This document shows, in pieces, positions 39,370-49,526 of a stretch of DNA of 64,000 bases (positions are counted from its first letter, which is position 1; every line of letters starts with the position of its first letter). The translations under genes and the position numbers were made by a program. The stretch covers positions 704,001 to 768,000 of the forward strand of contig CAWCRS010000007.1 of assembly GCA_963798085.1 (NCBI GenBank), written 5' to 3'. The notes under the pieces were generated by a model. It was not told the origin of the DNA and did not search any database. It saw only the letters and a program-made list of their open reading frames with translations. Source of the DNA: an uncultured Gemmatimonadales bacterium. Its GTDB lineage: Bacteria > Gemmatimonadota > Gemmatimonadetes > Longimicrobiales > RSA9.

Positions 39370-41898
39370 TCAGTGCGTGCGGAAGAAGACGCGCTTGGCC
39401 GCCTCCGAAGCGAGCACGTACAACGCCACAATGAGCAGGAGCAGGCCCAGCAGCCGGGGCGAGAGTCCGGTGAGGCCAAACAGCGTGTTCGAGGGCAGGT
39501 AGATCAGCGCCAGTGTGACCGCAGTGACCACCGCCGTGGCCAGCAGCAGCGGGCGGCCGGGCCGGCTGCGGAAGAACGGGCGGCGGGTGCGGATCACCAG
39601 CAGAATGAGCAGCTCGGAGAGCACGGACTCGAGGAACCAGCCGGTTCGGAACTGCGCCACCGCCAGCGGCAGCCAGAGCAGGACGCCGAAGGTGATGTAG
39701 TCGAAGGTCGAGCTGACCAGCCCGAACGTCAGCATGAAGTTGCGGATGAAGCGCATGTCCCAGCGCCGCGGCTGCTCCACCATCTCCGGATCCAGGCTGT
39801 CCGTGGCAATGGCCATGGCCGGCAGGTCCGTGAGCACGTTGATCAGCAGGATCTGTTTGGGCAGCAGCGGCAGGAACGTCGCGAAGAGTGAGGCGCCCGC
39901 CATGCTGAACATGTTGCCGAAGCTGGCGCTGGTGGTGATGAAGATGTACTTGAGGGTGTTGGCGAAGGCGCGGCGTCCCTCGCGCACGCCGTCCGCGAGC
40001 ACGCCCAGGTCCTTCTCGAGCAGCACGATGTCCGCCGCCAGACGGGTCACGTCGACCGCGCTCTCCACGGATATGCCGACATCGGCCGCGTGCAGCGCGG
40101 GCGCGTCATTGATGCCGTCGCCGAGAAACCCCACCGCGTGGCCGTTCTTCTTGAGCGCCAGAATGATGCGCTCCTTCTGGTTGGGCTCGACCTCGGCGAA
40201 CACATCGGCCACATCGACCAGATGGCGCAGCGCCGCGTCCGTGGCCTCGCGCAGATCCTCACCGGTGACCACCGTGTCCGTGGGAATGCCGGCCTGCGCC
40301 GCCACGCGCGTCGCTACCAGCCTGTTATCACCGGTCACGACCTTGAGGCGGATGCCCAGCCGGGCGATCTCCTGGAGGTCTTCGCGGACACCTTCCTTCA
40401 GCGGATCCACCAGCGTGAGCATGCCCAGGAACGTCATGCCCTGCTCGTCCTGCTGCTGAATCGCAGCACCGGCCGGCAGCGCACGCGAAGCGACGCCCAG
40501 GCAGCGCAGGCCCGCGGAGGAGGCCTCGCGGGCACGCTGCTCGATCGCTGCGCGCAGCTCGGCGAGCGGCCGTGTGGCGCCGCCCGCCGTCACGTGATCA
40601 CAGACGTCGAGCACGTTAGCCAGAGCGCCCTTCGTCACCATGAGGGTTTCCGTCGCGGGCAAGGCGGCGCGCTCGACCAGCACGCTCAGGCGCTTGCGCA
40701 CGAAGTCGTACGGCACCTCGTCCAGCTTGCGCCAGCCTGCCGCGTCTTCGCCTGCGAGCGCGCGAATCGTGCGGTCTACCGGATTCGCGTAGCCGGACTG
40801 GAAGCTCGCGTTGAGGAACGCGGCCTGCCGGGCCTGCGCGCAGGGCGCACCCAGCGCATCGACCACGGCATCGACGCGGCTCACGCCCAGCGTGAGTGTG
40901 CCGGTCTTGTCCGTGCACAGCACGTTCATGCTGCCGAAGCTCTCGATCGAGGCCAGTCGCCGCACGATCACGCGCAGCTTCGCCAGCCGGCGCGCGCCGC
41001 TGGCCAGCGTGATGCTCACGATGGCGGGCAGCAGCTGCGGCGTGAGCCCCACGGCGAGGGCGAGTGAGAAGAGCAGGGAATCGAGCGGCGGGCGGTGCAG
41101 CCAGACGTTCACCGTGAAGATGAACAGGACGAGCACCAGCGTGATCTCGAGCAGCATGAAGCCGAAGCGTCGTATACCGTGCTCGAAATCCGTTTCCGGC
41201 GGGCGTTGCTGCAGGTGCTGGGCGATGCCGCCGTAAACCGTGCCATGCCCGGTCGCCACCACCAGGGCCCGTCCTGTGCCGCTCACCACCTGCGTGCCCA
41301 TGAACAGTGCGTTAGTACGGTCCGCGAGGGGCGCGCTCGCGGAAACCTGGCCCGGTGCCTTGTCGGCAGGGAAGGACTCGCCCGTGAGCGCCGCCTGGTC
41401 GACGAACAGATCCTTGGCTTCGAGCAGCCTGCAATCCGCGGGTACGCTGTCCCCCGCCGCCAGCTGCACGACATCGCCGGGCACCACCTCATCCGCCGGC
41501 AGCTCGTTCGCCTGCGCATCACGCAGCACCGTGGCGTGCAGGCGCACCAGCGCCAGCAGGCGCTGCAGGGCGCCCGCTGCGCCACGCTCCTGCCAGAAGC
41601 CGAGCAGGCCGCTGATGATGAGGATCGCGAGGATGATGAGGCCGTCGGTGGTCTCGCCGACGATCAATGACAGGATGGCGGCGGCGAGCAGGAGCAGCGT
41701 GATGGGGCTGCGGAACTGCGCGAGCAGCAGCGACCAGGTCGTCGATACGGCGCGTTCGCGCAGCCGGTTCGGTCCATACTGTTCGAGGCGTTGCGCGGCC
41801 GCCGCCGCGGTCAGCCCGTCCGCGGTCGCCTGCAGGCGGGCGAAGAGCTGGTCGGTCGATTCACTCCAGAACGTGGCGCTGGAAGCGTCGCCTGTCAC
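39370..41898 (-). CDS. mgtA: Magnesium-translocating P-type ATPase
   Basis: LTGES, AVGLTPQLLP, DKTGTLT, PYDFVRKR, TGDN, GDGINDAP, FGNMFS. Confidence 0.92.
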   Translation of the reverse strand: MTGDASSATFWSESTDQLFARLQATADGLTAAAAAQRLEQYGPNRLRERAVSTTWSLLLAQFRSPITLLLLAAAILSLIVGETTDGLIILAILIISGLLGFWQERGAAGALQRLLALVRLHATVLRDAQANELPADEVVPGDVVQLAAGDSVPADCRLLEAKDLFVDQAALTGESFPADKAPGQVSASAPLADRTNALFMGTQVVSGTGRALVVATGHGTVYGGIAQHLQQRPPETDFEHGIRRFGFMLLEITLVLVLFIFTVNVWLHRPPLDSLLFSLALAVGLTPQLLPAIVSITLASGARRLAKLRVIVRRLASIESFGSMNVLCTDKTGTLTLGVSRVDAVVDALGAPCAQARQAAFLNASFQSGYANPVDRTIRALAGEDAAGWRKLDEVPYDFVRKRLSVLVERAALPATETLMVTKGALANVLDVCDHVTAGGATRPLAELRAAIEQRAREASSAGLRCLGVASRALPAGAAIQQQDEQGMTFLGMLTLVDPLKEGVREDLQEIARLGIRLKVVTGDNRLVATRVAAQAGIPTDTVVTGEDLREATDAALRHLVDVADVFAEVEPNQKERIILALKKNGHAVGFLGDGINDAPALHAADVGISVESAVDVTRLAADIVLLEKDLGVLADGVREGRRAFANTLKYIFITTSASFGNMFSMAGASLFATFLPLLPKQILLINVLTDLPAMAIATDSLDPEMVEQPRRWDMRFIRNFMLTFGLVSSTFDYITFGVLLWLPLAVAQFRTGWFLESVLSELLILLVIRTRRPFFRSRPGRPLLLATAVVTAVTLALIYLPSNTLFGLTGLSPRLLGLLLLIVALYVLASEAAKRVFFRTH

Positions 41899-41904
41899 CC
41901 CGCC

Positions 41905-44736
41905 TCAGTTCTCCATGCGCAATGCCCGCACCGGGTCCACGCGCGTGGCACGCCTCGCCGTCAGCACGGCCGCGAACAGCACGGTCAGCGCGAGCAGCAG
42001 CACGGCGGCAGCCAGCAAGGGGACATTCGTCGGACTCACCTCGAAAAGCAGGCGACGCAGCGCCCGCGTGGCCAGCAGCGCACCCGCCAGCCCCGCGGCC
42101 AGGCCGGCGAGGGCGACGCGCATCCCGCCGCCCACCACTTCGCGCGCCACGACCAGCGGCGAAGCACCCAGTGACACGCGCACGCCGATCTCGCGCGTGC
42201 GCTGCGCCACACTCCAGGACATGAGTCCCCACGCGCCCGCGCTGCTGAGCACGAGCGCGAGCAGCGCAAAGAAGCCTACTAACAGCGTGTTGACGCGCGC
42301 CGGCGCCAGTGCCGCAGCCTTGAGCTGGTCCATGATCGCGACGCGGCCGATCACCAGTTCCGGGCGGAACGCGTGAATCGCGGCACGCACGGCCTCCACC
42401 TGCGCCCGCGCGTTGCCCTGCGTGCGCACCACGACCTGCGGGACCTCCAGCGGCGATTGCAGCGTGTGCAGGTACACCTCCGGATCAGGCGCATCCTTGA
42501 GGCTGGCGTAGCGCGTGCCACCCACAACGCCAGTGATGGTAATCCAGGTGTCGCCGCCCAGGCGGATGCGCTGGCCCACTGGATTCTGGCCGGGGAAGAA
42601 GCGATCCGCCAGCGGCCCGTTGATCAGGACCACCGGATCCGCGCCCGCCCGGTCATCCGGAGTGAACATGCGGCCGCTCAGCAAAGGGATGCGCATGGCC
42701 GCGAAATAGCCCGCACTCGCCCTGCGCAGGTTGATCTCGGGCAGCTCGGCCGGCGCGTGCGGTTGCCCCTCGATCTCGAGCTTCGTTGTGATGTTGCTGG
42801 CACCACCGAGCGGCAGGCGTGAAATCTCGCCCGCCGCGATCACGCCGGGCAACGCGGTCAGCCGCGCATGGAGCTGCGGCATGAGGGCAATGCGCTCGGC
42901 CGGATCGCGCGGCAGGCCCGAGATATCGAACGCCAGCGCCTGCGAAGTATCGAACCCCGGATTCACGGCTTGCAGGTTGGCGAAGCTCTTCGCCAGCAGC
43001 AGCGCGCCCGCGGCCACCATGACGGCCAGTGCCACCTCGAACGCGACCAGCGCATTGCGCAGCGACGCCCGCCCCGCGCTCGTCCGACCGGCCGCGCGCA
43101 GCACGGCGGCCGGCGCCGTCCGCAGGGACTGCAGCAGGGGCGCCAGCCCCGCGAACAGGCCTGTCAGCAGCGCGAGCAGCAGTGCGAAGCCGAACACCAC
43201 GGTATCCACGCGGATCTCGTTCCGGCGAGGCAGGTCGGCGGGGAGGAGTGCGACGAGCGCCCGCACGCCCCACCACGCCAGCAGCGCGCCCAGCGCGCCG
43301 CCCAGCAGCGCGAGCAGCAGGCTCTCCGCCAGCGAGGCGCGCGCCAGCCGCGTGCGCGAAGCGCCCAGCGCCGCGCACACCGCCATGTCGCCGCGGCGGG
43401 CGTCGCCGCGCAGCAACAGCAGGTTAGCGACATTGGCGCAGGCAATGAGCAGCACCAGCCCGACCGCGCCGAAGAGCACGCTCAGTGCGGGCCGCACCGG
43501 GCCGACCCTGTCGTCGCGCAGTGGCACGACACGCACGCCGATCCCTTTCATCCGATCAGGATACGCCTGCGCCAGCCTTGCCGCGATCGCGCTCGCCTGC
43601 GCCCTCGCCTCGGTCAGCGTGCGGCCGGGCGCGATGTGCGCGACCAGCTCGAACAGCCGCACCTGCCTGTGCCCCGTCAGGTAGTAGCTGTTCCGCGCCA
43701 GCGGCAACCACACTTCCGCGTCCTCCTCCCAGCGGAACCCCGCGGGCAATACGCCGATCACCGTGACCGCACCTTCTTCGTCCAGCTGCATGGTGCTGCC
43801 GATGACGGCCGGCGAAGCACCGAACCGCCGCTGCCAGAGCGCCGTGCTGATCAGCACGACCGGCGGTGCGTCGGGTTTGTCATCGGCTGCCGTGAAGCTC
43901 CGGCCGATGACAGGCTTCGCGCCCAGCATGGGCAGGAACCCCGCAGAGGCGTAATTGCCGTGCACACGCTCCGGCTCCTGGTCGCCGCGGATCGTCAGGT
44001 TCCAGCGCGGAGTGACGCCGCCCGCCGCGTCCATGGTGGTGAGGTCGTGCACGTAGTCGGCGTACGTGTCGGGCGAGTGCGGGTCGCGCGGGCTGCCGCT
44101 CATCGTGTTGTCGCCCCACACCACCACCAGCCGGTCCGCATCCGCGTAGGGCAGCGAGCGCAGTAACACGGAGTTCACCACACTGAAGATCGCCGTGCTG
44201 GCGCCCAGCCCCAGCATCAGTGTGAGCAGTGCCAGCAGAGTGAAGCCGGGCCGCCTGCGCAGGCCCCGCCATGCGAACCGGAAATCACGGGCCACGTCGT
44301 TCACGCGCCACACTCCTTTCACGAAGGCCATCGACCCCCACAGCGCGCCGCGCAGGGCGGCGGCCGCATGGCGAACACGCGGCGCGAAACGGATGCGGGC
44401 ACACTCAATGACGAGCCCCATGGCACGAAGGGAAAAGCCCGCGGCCGCCAGCAGGCGAGCGGGCCATGCCGGGCGCGCCGCGCGCTGGGCGAGATGGGCC
44501 GCCAGCGCATCCTGGAACGCGGGCTCGAACCACGCTTCGCGCTGCTCCGCGGGCAGCAGTCGGGCCAGCCGTCGCGCCAGTGCGCCCGGCGCGCGTCCGC
44601 TCACCACGTACCCGCCCCAGCGCCAGAATGCGCTTCGCCATGGACCGGTTGACGAGCACGACAGGCGTGCGTAAAACACGAGTCCGCACGGGCACGGTTG
44701 CGGGCGGCAACAGCTCACGACACGACAGCCGTTCAT
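41905..44736 (-). CDS. ADOP-type duplicated ABC permease (start may be GTG at 44604/44607)
   Basis: IFSVVNSVLLRSLPY, LLIACANVANLLL, REIGVRVSLGA, RRATRVDP; ATG 44736 overlaps the PadR stop. Confidence 0.9.
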   Translation of the reverse strand: MNGCRVVSCCRPQPCPCGLVFYARLSCSSTGPWRSAFWRWGGYVVSGRAPGALARRLARLLPAEQREAWFEPAFQDALAAHLAQRAARPAWPARLLAAAGFSLRAMGLVIECARIRFAPRVRHAAAALRGALWGSMAFVKGVWRVNDVARDFRFAWRGLRRRPGFTLLALLTLMLGLGASTAIFSVVNSVLLRSLPYADADRLVVVWGDNTMSGSPRDPHSPDTYADYVHDLTTMDAAGGVTPRWNLTIRGDQEPERVHGNYASAGFLPMLGAKPVIGRSFTAADDKPDAPPVVLISTALWQRRFGASPAVIGSTMQLDEEGAVTVIGVLPAGFRWEEDAEVWLPLARNSYYLTGHRQVRLFELVAHIAPGRTLTEARAQASAIAARLAQAYPDRMKGIGVRVVPLRDDRVGPVRPALSVLFGAVGLVLLIACANVANLLLLRGDARRGDMAVCAALGASRTRLARASLAESLLLALLGGALGALLAWWGVRALVALLPADLPRRNEIRVDTVVFGFALLLALLTGLFAGLAPLLQSLRTAPAAVLRAAGRTSAGRASLRNALVAFEVALAVMVAAGALLLAKSFANLQAVNPGFDTSQALAFDISGLPRDPAERIALMPQLHARLTALPGVIAAGEISRLPLGGASNITTKLEIEGQPHAPAELPEINLRRASAGYFAAMRIPLLSGRMFTPDDRAGADPVVLINGPLADRFFPGQNPVGQRIRLGGDTWITITGVVGGTRYASLKDAPDPEVYLHTLQSPLEVPQVVVRTQGNARAQVEAVRAAIHAFRPELVIGRVAIMDQLKAAALAPARVNTLLVGFFALLALVLSSAGAWGLMSWSVAQRTREIGVRVSLGASPLVVAREVVGGGMRVALAGLAAGLAGALLATRALRRLLFEVSPTNVPLLAAAVLLLALTVLFAAVLTARRATRVDPVRALRMEN

Positions 44737-45059
44737 GCGGGCGCCAGCCCTTCATCGCCTTCCGCGGCGGTGATGGCGCTCACATAGAACTCGCGGCACG
44801 CCCGCCATGCGCGGCCGCCGTCCGCCGTGAGATGGTAGTTGCGCTCCTTGATGATCTGGCCGTCCACCACGTCCTGTGTGTACCAGCCTTTCACCAGGCC
44901 GGCACTCTCCAGTCGCGACATCATCTGGTAGAACGCCGGCCCCGACTGGCGCACGCGGTAGCGTTTCAGCCCGGCGCGCAGTTCTCTGCCGGCGCGGTCG
45001 CCCGCCAGCAGCGCGCCCAGCACCACGAACTGCAGATGACTCAGTTCCGGCAGCTTCAT
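44733..45059 (-). CDS. PadR family transcriptional regulator
   Basis: LSHLQFVVLGAL, FYQMMSRLESAGLV, YHLTADG; GACGT-T-ACGTC palindrome upstream at 45114-45124. Confidence 0.85.
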   Translation of the reverse strand: MKLPELSHLQFVVLGALLAGDRAGRELRAGLKRYRVRQSGPAFYQMMSRLESAGLVKGWYTQDVVDGQIIKERNYHLTADGGRAWRACREFYVSAITAAEGDEGLAPA

Positions 45060-45207
45060 GTCCGGCTCCAGGAAAGCGGCAGCGTGGGGCATGCGGCCCG
45101 ACACACATAATGCGACGTTACGTCACTGCGCGCTATGCTAGTCGGCCGGTGCGCGACCCGCACACAGCCGCGGGATGGAAGCGGACGGACGCGGGCCGGA
45201 GGGAACG

Positions 45208-45236
45208 AAAACGGGGACGGCAGCACCGCCCCCGTT
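45208..45236 (-). terminator. Rho-independent terminator candidate downstream of the third permease
   Basis: Minus strand reads AACGGGGGCGG-TGCTG-CCGTCCCCGTT ending in a short T run. Confidence 0.55.
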
Positions 45237-45370
45237 GCACCGCCGGAGTCTGCGTGGGCCGGTGAAGGGTGACCCAGCTACCGGGTGTAATCGGCCGCAG
45301 CGGCAGCCGCCCAATGGCGTTGCACTGCCTCGAAAGAGCGCTGCGGTTCTGCGTCGGCGCGCTTGCCGGA

Positions 45371-48176
45371 TCACTCCTGGCGCAGCGCGAGGACCGGGTC
45401 CAGTCGTGCGGCGCGCAGGGCCGGGAGCAGCGAGGCCAGACCCGCGACCAGCAGGAAGAGGATCGTGATCGCGCTGTACGTGAGCGGGTCGGTGGCGCTC
45501 ACACCCACCAGCAGGCTGCGCATGACACGCGTGAGTGCCACGGCCCCCAGCAGACCCACGCCGGTGCCCAGCAGACTCAGCGTCAGGCCCTGTCCGACAA
45601 TGAGCCGCAGGATGCTCGACTCGGGCGCGCCGAAGGCCATGCGCACGCCGATCTCCGAGGTGCGCTGCTTCACCACGTAGGCCAGCACGCCATACAGGCC
45701 AATGGCGGCCAGCACCAGCGCCAGCACGGCGAACGTGGCAATGAGCGTGAGCGCGAAGCGCGTGGGCGCCATGGCGAGATTCACCAGGTCCGTGAGCGGC
45801 GCGACATCGGCGATAGGCAGCAGCGGGTCGACTTCCCTGACCTGCTGTTTGGCCGCCTGCACGAGACGCAGCGGATCGCCTGTGGTGCGCACGATCCAGC
45901 GCAGGGCGCCGAAGCTGCCCGCGTAGCCCGGGGTGAAGTAGATGGCCTCCGGCCCTTCGCTGGTGAGCGAGCGCTGCAGCTGGTGCCGCACCACGCCAAT
46001 GATCTGTACGGGCACAGCCTCCGGCGTAGTGACGCGGATGAGGATCTGCTGGCCCACGGCGGATTGTCCGTGAAACGCGATCTTTGCCAGCTTCTCATCC
46101 ACCACCACGACCGCCGCCGCCGTCTGCTCATCCGCTTCCGTGAAGGTGCGTCCTTCCACCAGCGGCGTGCGCAGCGCCTCGAAATAGCCCGGCTTCACGG
46201 CGCGGTAGTCCGCCTGGTGGAAGGCCTGCGGATCGGTGGCTGCCTCGAGCGTGCCCCAGCGGCCATTGAAGTACTGGCCATCGAGCGGCAGCGGGTTGGC
46301 GGCGGTGACTGCCGTGACGCCGGGCAGGCCGGCCAGCCGGTCGTGCACCCGGGTGAAGAAGGCGGCGCGTACAGCGGGATCGCGATACCGCGGGCCCGCC
46401 GGCGCGGCGTTCAACGTGAGTACGCCCTGCGCATCGAAACCCGGGTCGACCCGCTGCAACGCCACGAACGTGCGCATCATGAGACCGGCGCCAATCAGCA
46501 GCACGAGCGAGAGCGCGACCTCAGCCACGATCACGCTGCTGCGCAGCAGGCGGTTGGCGGAGAGGCCGGGCGTGCGCCCGCCTTCGCGCAGCACACCCGC
46601 CACATCCGCCCGGGAAGCGCGCAGCGCGGGCGCCGCGCCGAACAGTGCTGCGCAGGCGAGCGCCGCTAACCCGGTGTATGCAAGTACCCAGCCGTCCAGG
46701 CCGATCGCGCCCACGCGCGGCAGCTGCTCCGGCTGCAGCACGCGCAGCAGCTTCACGCCGGCCAGCGCCAGCCCGATGCCCAGCAGGGAACCCGCAGCGC
46801 TGAGCAGCACGCTTTCCACGAGCATCTGCCGGATCAGGCGCCAGCGGCGCCCGCCCACCGCCGCGCGCACCGCCAGCTCGCGCTCCCGCGCGCTGGAACG
46901 CACCAGCAGGAGATTGGCCACGTTGGCGCACGCAATGAGCAGCACGAACACCACCGAGCCCATGAGCGCCCAGAGGATGGGCCGGACGGGGGCCACCAGG
47001 TCCTCGTGCATGGGAATCACATCCAGCGCCAGCCCCGCCGTTTCCTTGATGGTGAAACGCTGGCGCAGGTCGGCGGCAATGCGATCCATGTCCTGCTGCG
47101 CACGCGGCACGGTGGCGCCGGGCCGGAGCCGCCCGATCACGCGCAAGAACACGTTGTTACGGTTGGCGTTCACGTAGTCGATGCGAGCCGCCGTCCACAT
47201 GTCGACGTGCGACTGCATCCCGGCGGCTGCGGGCATGAGCAGCTCGAAGTCGGGCGGCGCCACGCCCACTACCTCGGCAGGACCGCTGCCCAGGTCGACG
47301 ATCCTGCCGATCACGTCGCTGCGCCCGCCAAAGCGCGAGCGCCAGAACCCATTGTCCAGGATCACCGCCGTGTTGAGCCGCGCCGGCGCAGACGCTGGGG
47401 CAGCGGCAGCGCCCTGGGTCGGCCGCGGCGGCACCACGCCGTCCGCGTCGTTGAAGGCGCGGCCCAGCACCGGGCGCACGCCCAGCACCGAGAAGAAGTT
47501 GGTGGTGACACCACCTGCGCGGATCTGTGCCGGCTCGCCGTCACTCGTCAGCGCGTCCGCGTACGTCCACGCACCCGCGAAATCCTGGAACTGCGTGGAC
47601 ATTTGCCGATAGTCCAGGAAGTCGGGGGGCGACGTGGGGAAGTACTTCACGCCCCGTCGAGTCAGCTCGGCCCACACCAGGGTCAGCTGCTGCGGATCCG
47701 CGTACGGCAGCGGCCGCAGCAGCACGGCGCGCACCACACTGAAGATGGCCGCGTTGGCGCCAATGCCCAGGCCGATGGTGAGCACGGCCGCAATCGTGAA
47801 ACCCGGCGCGCGCAGCAGCGAGCGCAGACCGTGTCGCACATCTCTCGCCAGCCCATTCATGATCATCATTCCGCGAAACGAGGATCCGCTTGCATCGTCC
47901 GCAAAGCGCGGGTGATGCCCCGATCTGCCCTGCCATCGCTCCACCACGACGCCGCGCAGCAGGTCCAGCAGCGTGCCCGCCCAGAGGACCGTCAGCGCAC
48001 GCACGCCGTTGCGCTCCATGGCATCCTGTGCGCGCTGCCCGAACACGTGCGTCATTCTCGCGGCCGTAGCGCTCGCGCAGCGCGGCCGGATACACGCGGA
48101 GCAGCATTGCGTACACGCGCTCCGAAAACCGCACCGCGCGCGTGCGACTGGGCATGCGACCCGGCCGTCCGCTCAT
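45371..48176 (-). CDS. ADOP-type duplicated ABC permease with +1 frameshift at ~48056
   Basis: N-terminal LLRVYPAALRERYGRE joins MTHVFGQRA when one A is removed (GAG A ATG); the body has all ADOP hallmarks. Confidence 0.88.
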
Positions 48177-48180
48177 TGCC

Positions 48181-48582
48181 TCACACCGCCCGCGCCCGGC
48201 CCGCGAGCAGCTTGCGCGACCTCGCCGTCGCCACTCTCGCCGCCAGCCGCGACGCCTCCGCTTCCGCTACCGTGCGACCGAGCGGCGTCAGCGCGTAGTA
48301 ACGCCGGCGCGCATCGTCGGCTTCATCCGGCCGCTCGTCCCGCTCCTCGATGAGTCCCTGGTCCACCATGCGGAAAATTGCGCGATACAACGTGCCCGCG
48401 TGCAGCGTGACCGCGCCATCCGTGCGCTCTTCAATGTCGCGCAGGATCGCGTAGCCATGGCGAGGCCCATCGGCCAGGCTGAGCAGCAGCTCGAACCCGG
48501 CTTCCGTCAGCGGCAGGAACGAATCAATGGGCGGCGTCGTCGCCTTCTTCGTAGCAGTGCGTGCGTTCTTTCTCGGTGTCAT
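48181..48582 (-). CDS. PadR family transcriptional regulator
   Basis: LPLTEAGFELLLSL..GPRHGYAI, GTLYRAI, RRRYYALTPLG; imperfect CTATGT...ACATAG inverted repeat at 48600-48635. Confidence 0.93.
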   Translation of the reverse strand: MTPRKNARTATKKATTPPIDSFLPLTEAGFELLLSLADGPRHGYAILRDIEERTDGAVTLHAGTLYRAIFRMVDQGLIEERDERPDEADDARRRYYALTPLGRTVAEAEASRLAARVATARSRKLLAGRARAV

Positions 48583-48711
48583 GGGCGCGTCTCCCGGGTC
48601 TATGTTCCCGGTACCTATACGCCCTGGGCACATAGTGGACAAGCGTGCGGGGACGAGTGCGAGGGGCAGTGTGATGACCGGCGCGCGACTGCGCGCCGGC
48701 GTTGGCGAGGA

Positions 48712-49143
48712 TCAGGCTGCGGCGGGTTCCCGGTAGAGCCAGGCGCCCAGCATGCCGGCGACGATCAGCTCACCCAGCGCCCAGAAAAGCCCCACAGTGA
48801 GCGCGTGGATGGGGAACGCGCCCATGGCCAGGAAGTTGAGTGCGCCAAGCCCGCTCCAGAGCAGCCACGTGACGAGGGCCGCTGTGAAAGCGGTCTTGGG
48901 TCCCGGTCCGAAGCGCGGGCGGAAGGCGGCGTACAGCCAGACCACGAGGATGCCGATGGCGAAGCCCATGAGGAGATACAACGTCAAGGCGACGGTCATG
49001 TCGGGGTGCAGGTTGAGACGCTGCATGGCGGCGTCGAAGTCGGCATCGATGACGTAGCCGTTGAGGATGAACTCGCTGACGTTGATAAGCACGCCGGCCG
49101 CGATACCACCGAGCAGGACTCTCCCGACGTTCACGCGCGACAT
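48712..49143 (-). CDS. Small membrane protein (about four TM helices)
   Basis: GGAGGG RBS; hydrophobic segments; RPRFGPGPKTA loop. Confidence 0.75.
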   Translation of the reverse strand: MSRVNVGRVLLGGIAAGVLINVSEFILNGYVIDADFDAAMQRLNLHPDMTVALTLYLLMGFAIGILVVWLYAAFRPRFGPGPKTAFTAALVTWLLWSGLGALNFLAMGAFPIHALTVGLFWALGELIVAGMLGAWLYREPAAA

Positions 49144-49250
49144 GTACACCCTCCGTCAGGTGGGGCGGCGCGGCCAGGGGGCGCACGTCGCCTTGGCTTG
49201 CCGACCGCGAAATTGGTGGGGTGCGCAAAGAAAGCGCGTAGCGGCGCCAC

Positions 49251-49342
49251 TGTCAACAACGGCGTCTATTGGCGGGTGCCTGCCAGTGCTCCAGCTGGTG
49301 TCTACAACGGCGTTAGAGGCGGGTGCCTGCCAGCGCTCCGGC
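49251..49342. repeat. Imperfect tandem direct repeat, two copies of ~45 bp (period 48)
   Basis: TGTCAACAACGGCGTCTATTGGCGGGTGCCTGCCAGTGCTCCAGC vs TGTCTACAACGGCGT-TAGAGGCGGGTGCCTGCCAGCGCTCCGGC. Confidence 0.85.
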
Positions 49343-49526
49343 GGTTCCGTGTCTGTGCGGCGAGCGGTGAAATCGGGCAGAATGCCCGATCGCGGTTGCG
49401 ATAGCGGACCGGGCGTGCGACTGTCACAGCCGGCCGGCATCATTACTCCCGGATCACGCATGTGGACCGTACGCGCCACTCCGGTCAGGGTCCACAGGCC
49501 GGCATCGGCAACCGCCCTCAAATGGC

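Noticed and set aside
49251..49342. Repeat as a CRISPR array, or the Cas4-like nucleases as cas genes
   Set aside because: Only two near-adjacent copies with no spacer and no cas1/cas2; the nucleases are part of AddAB-type proteins.
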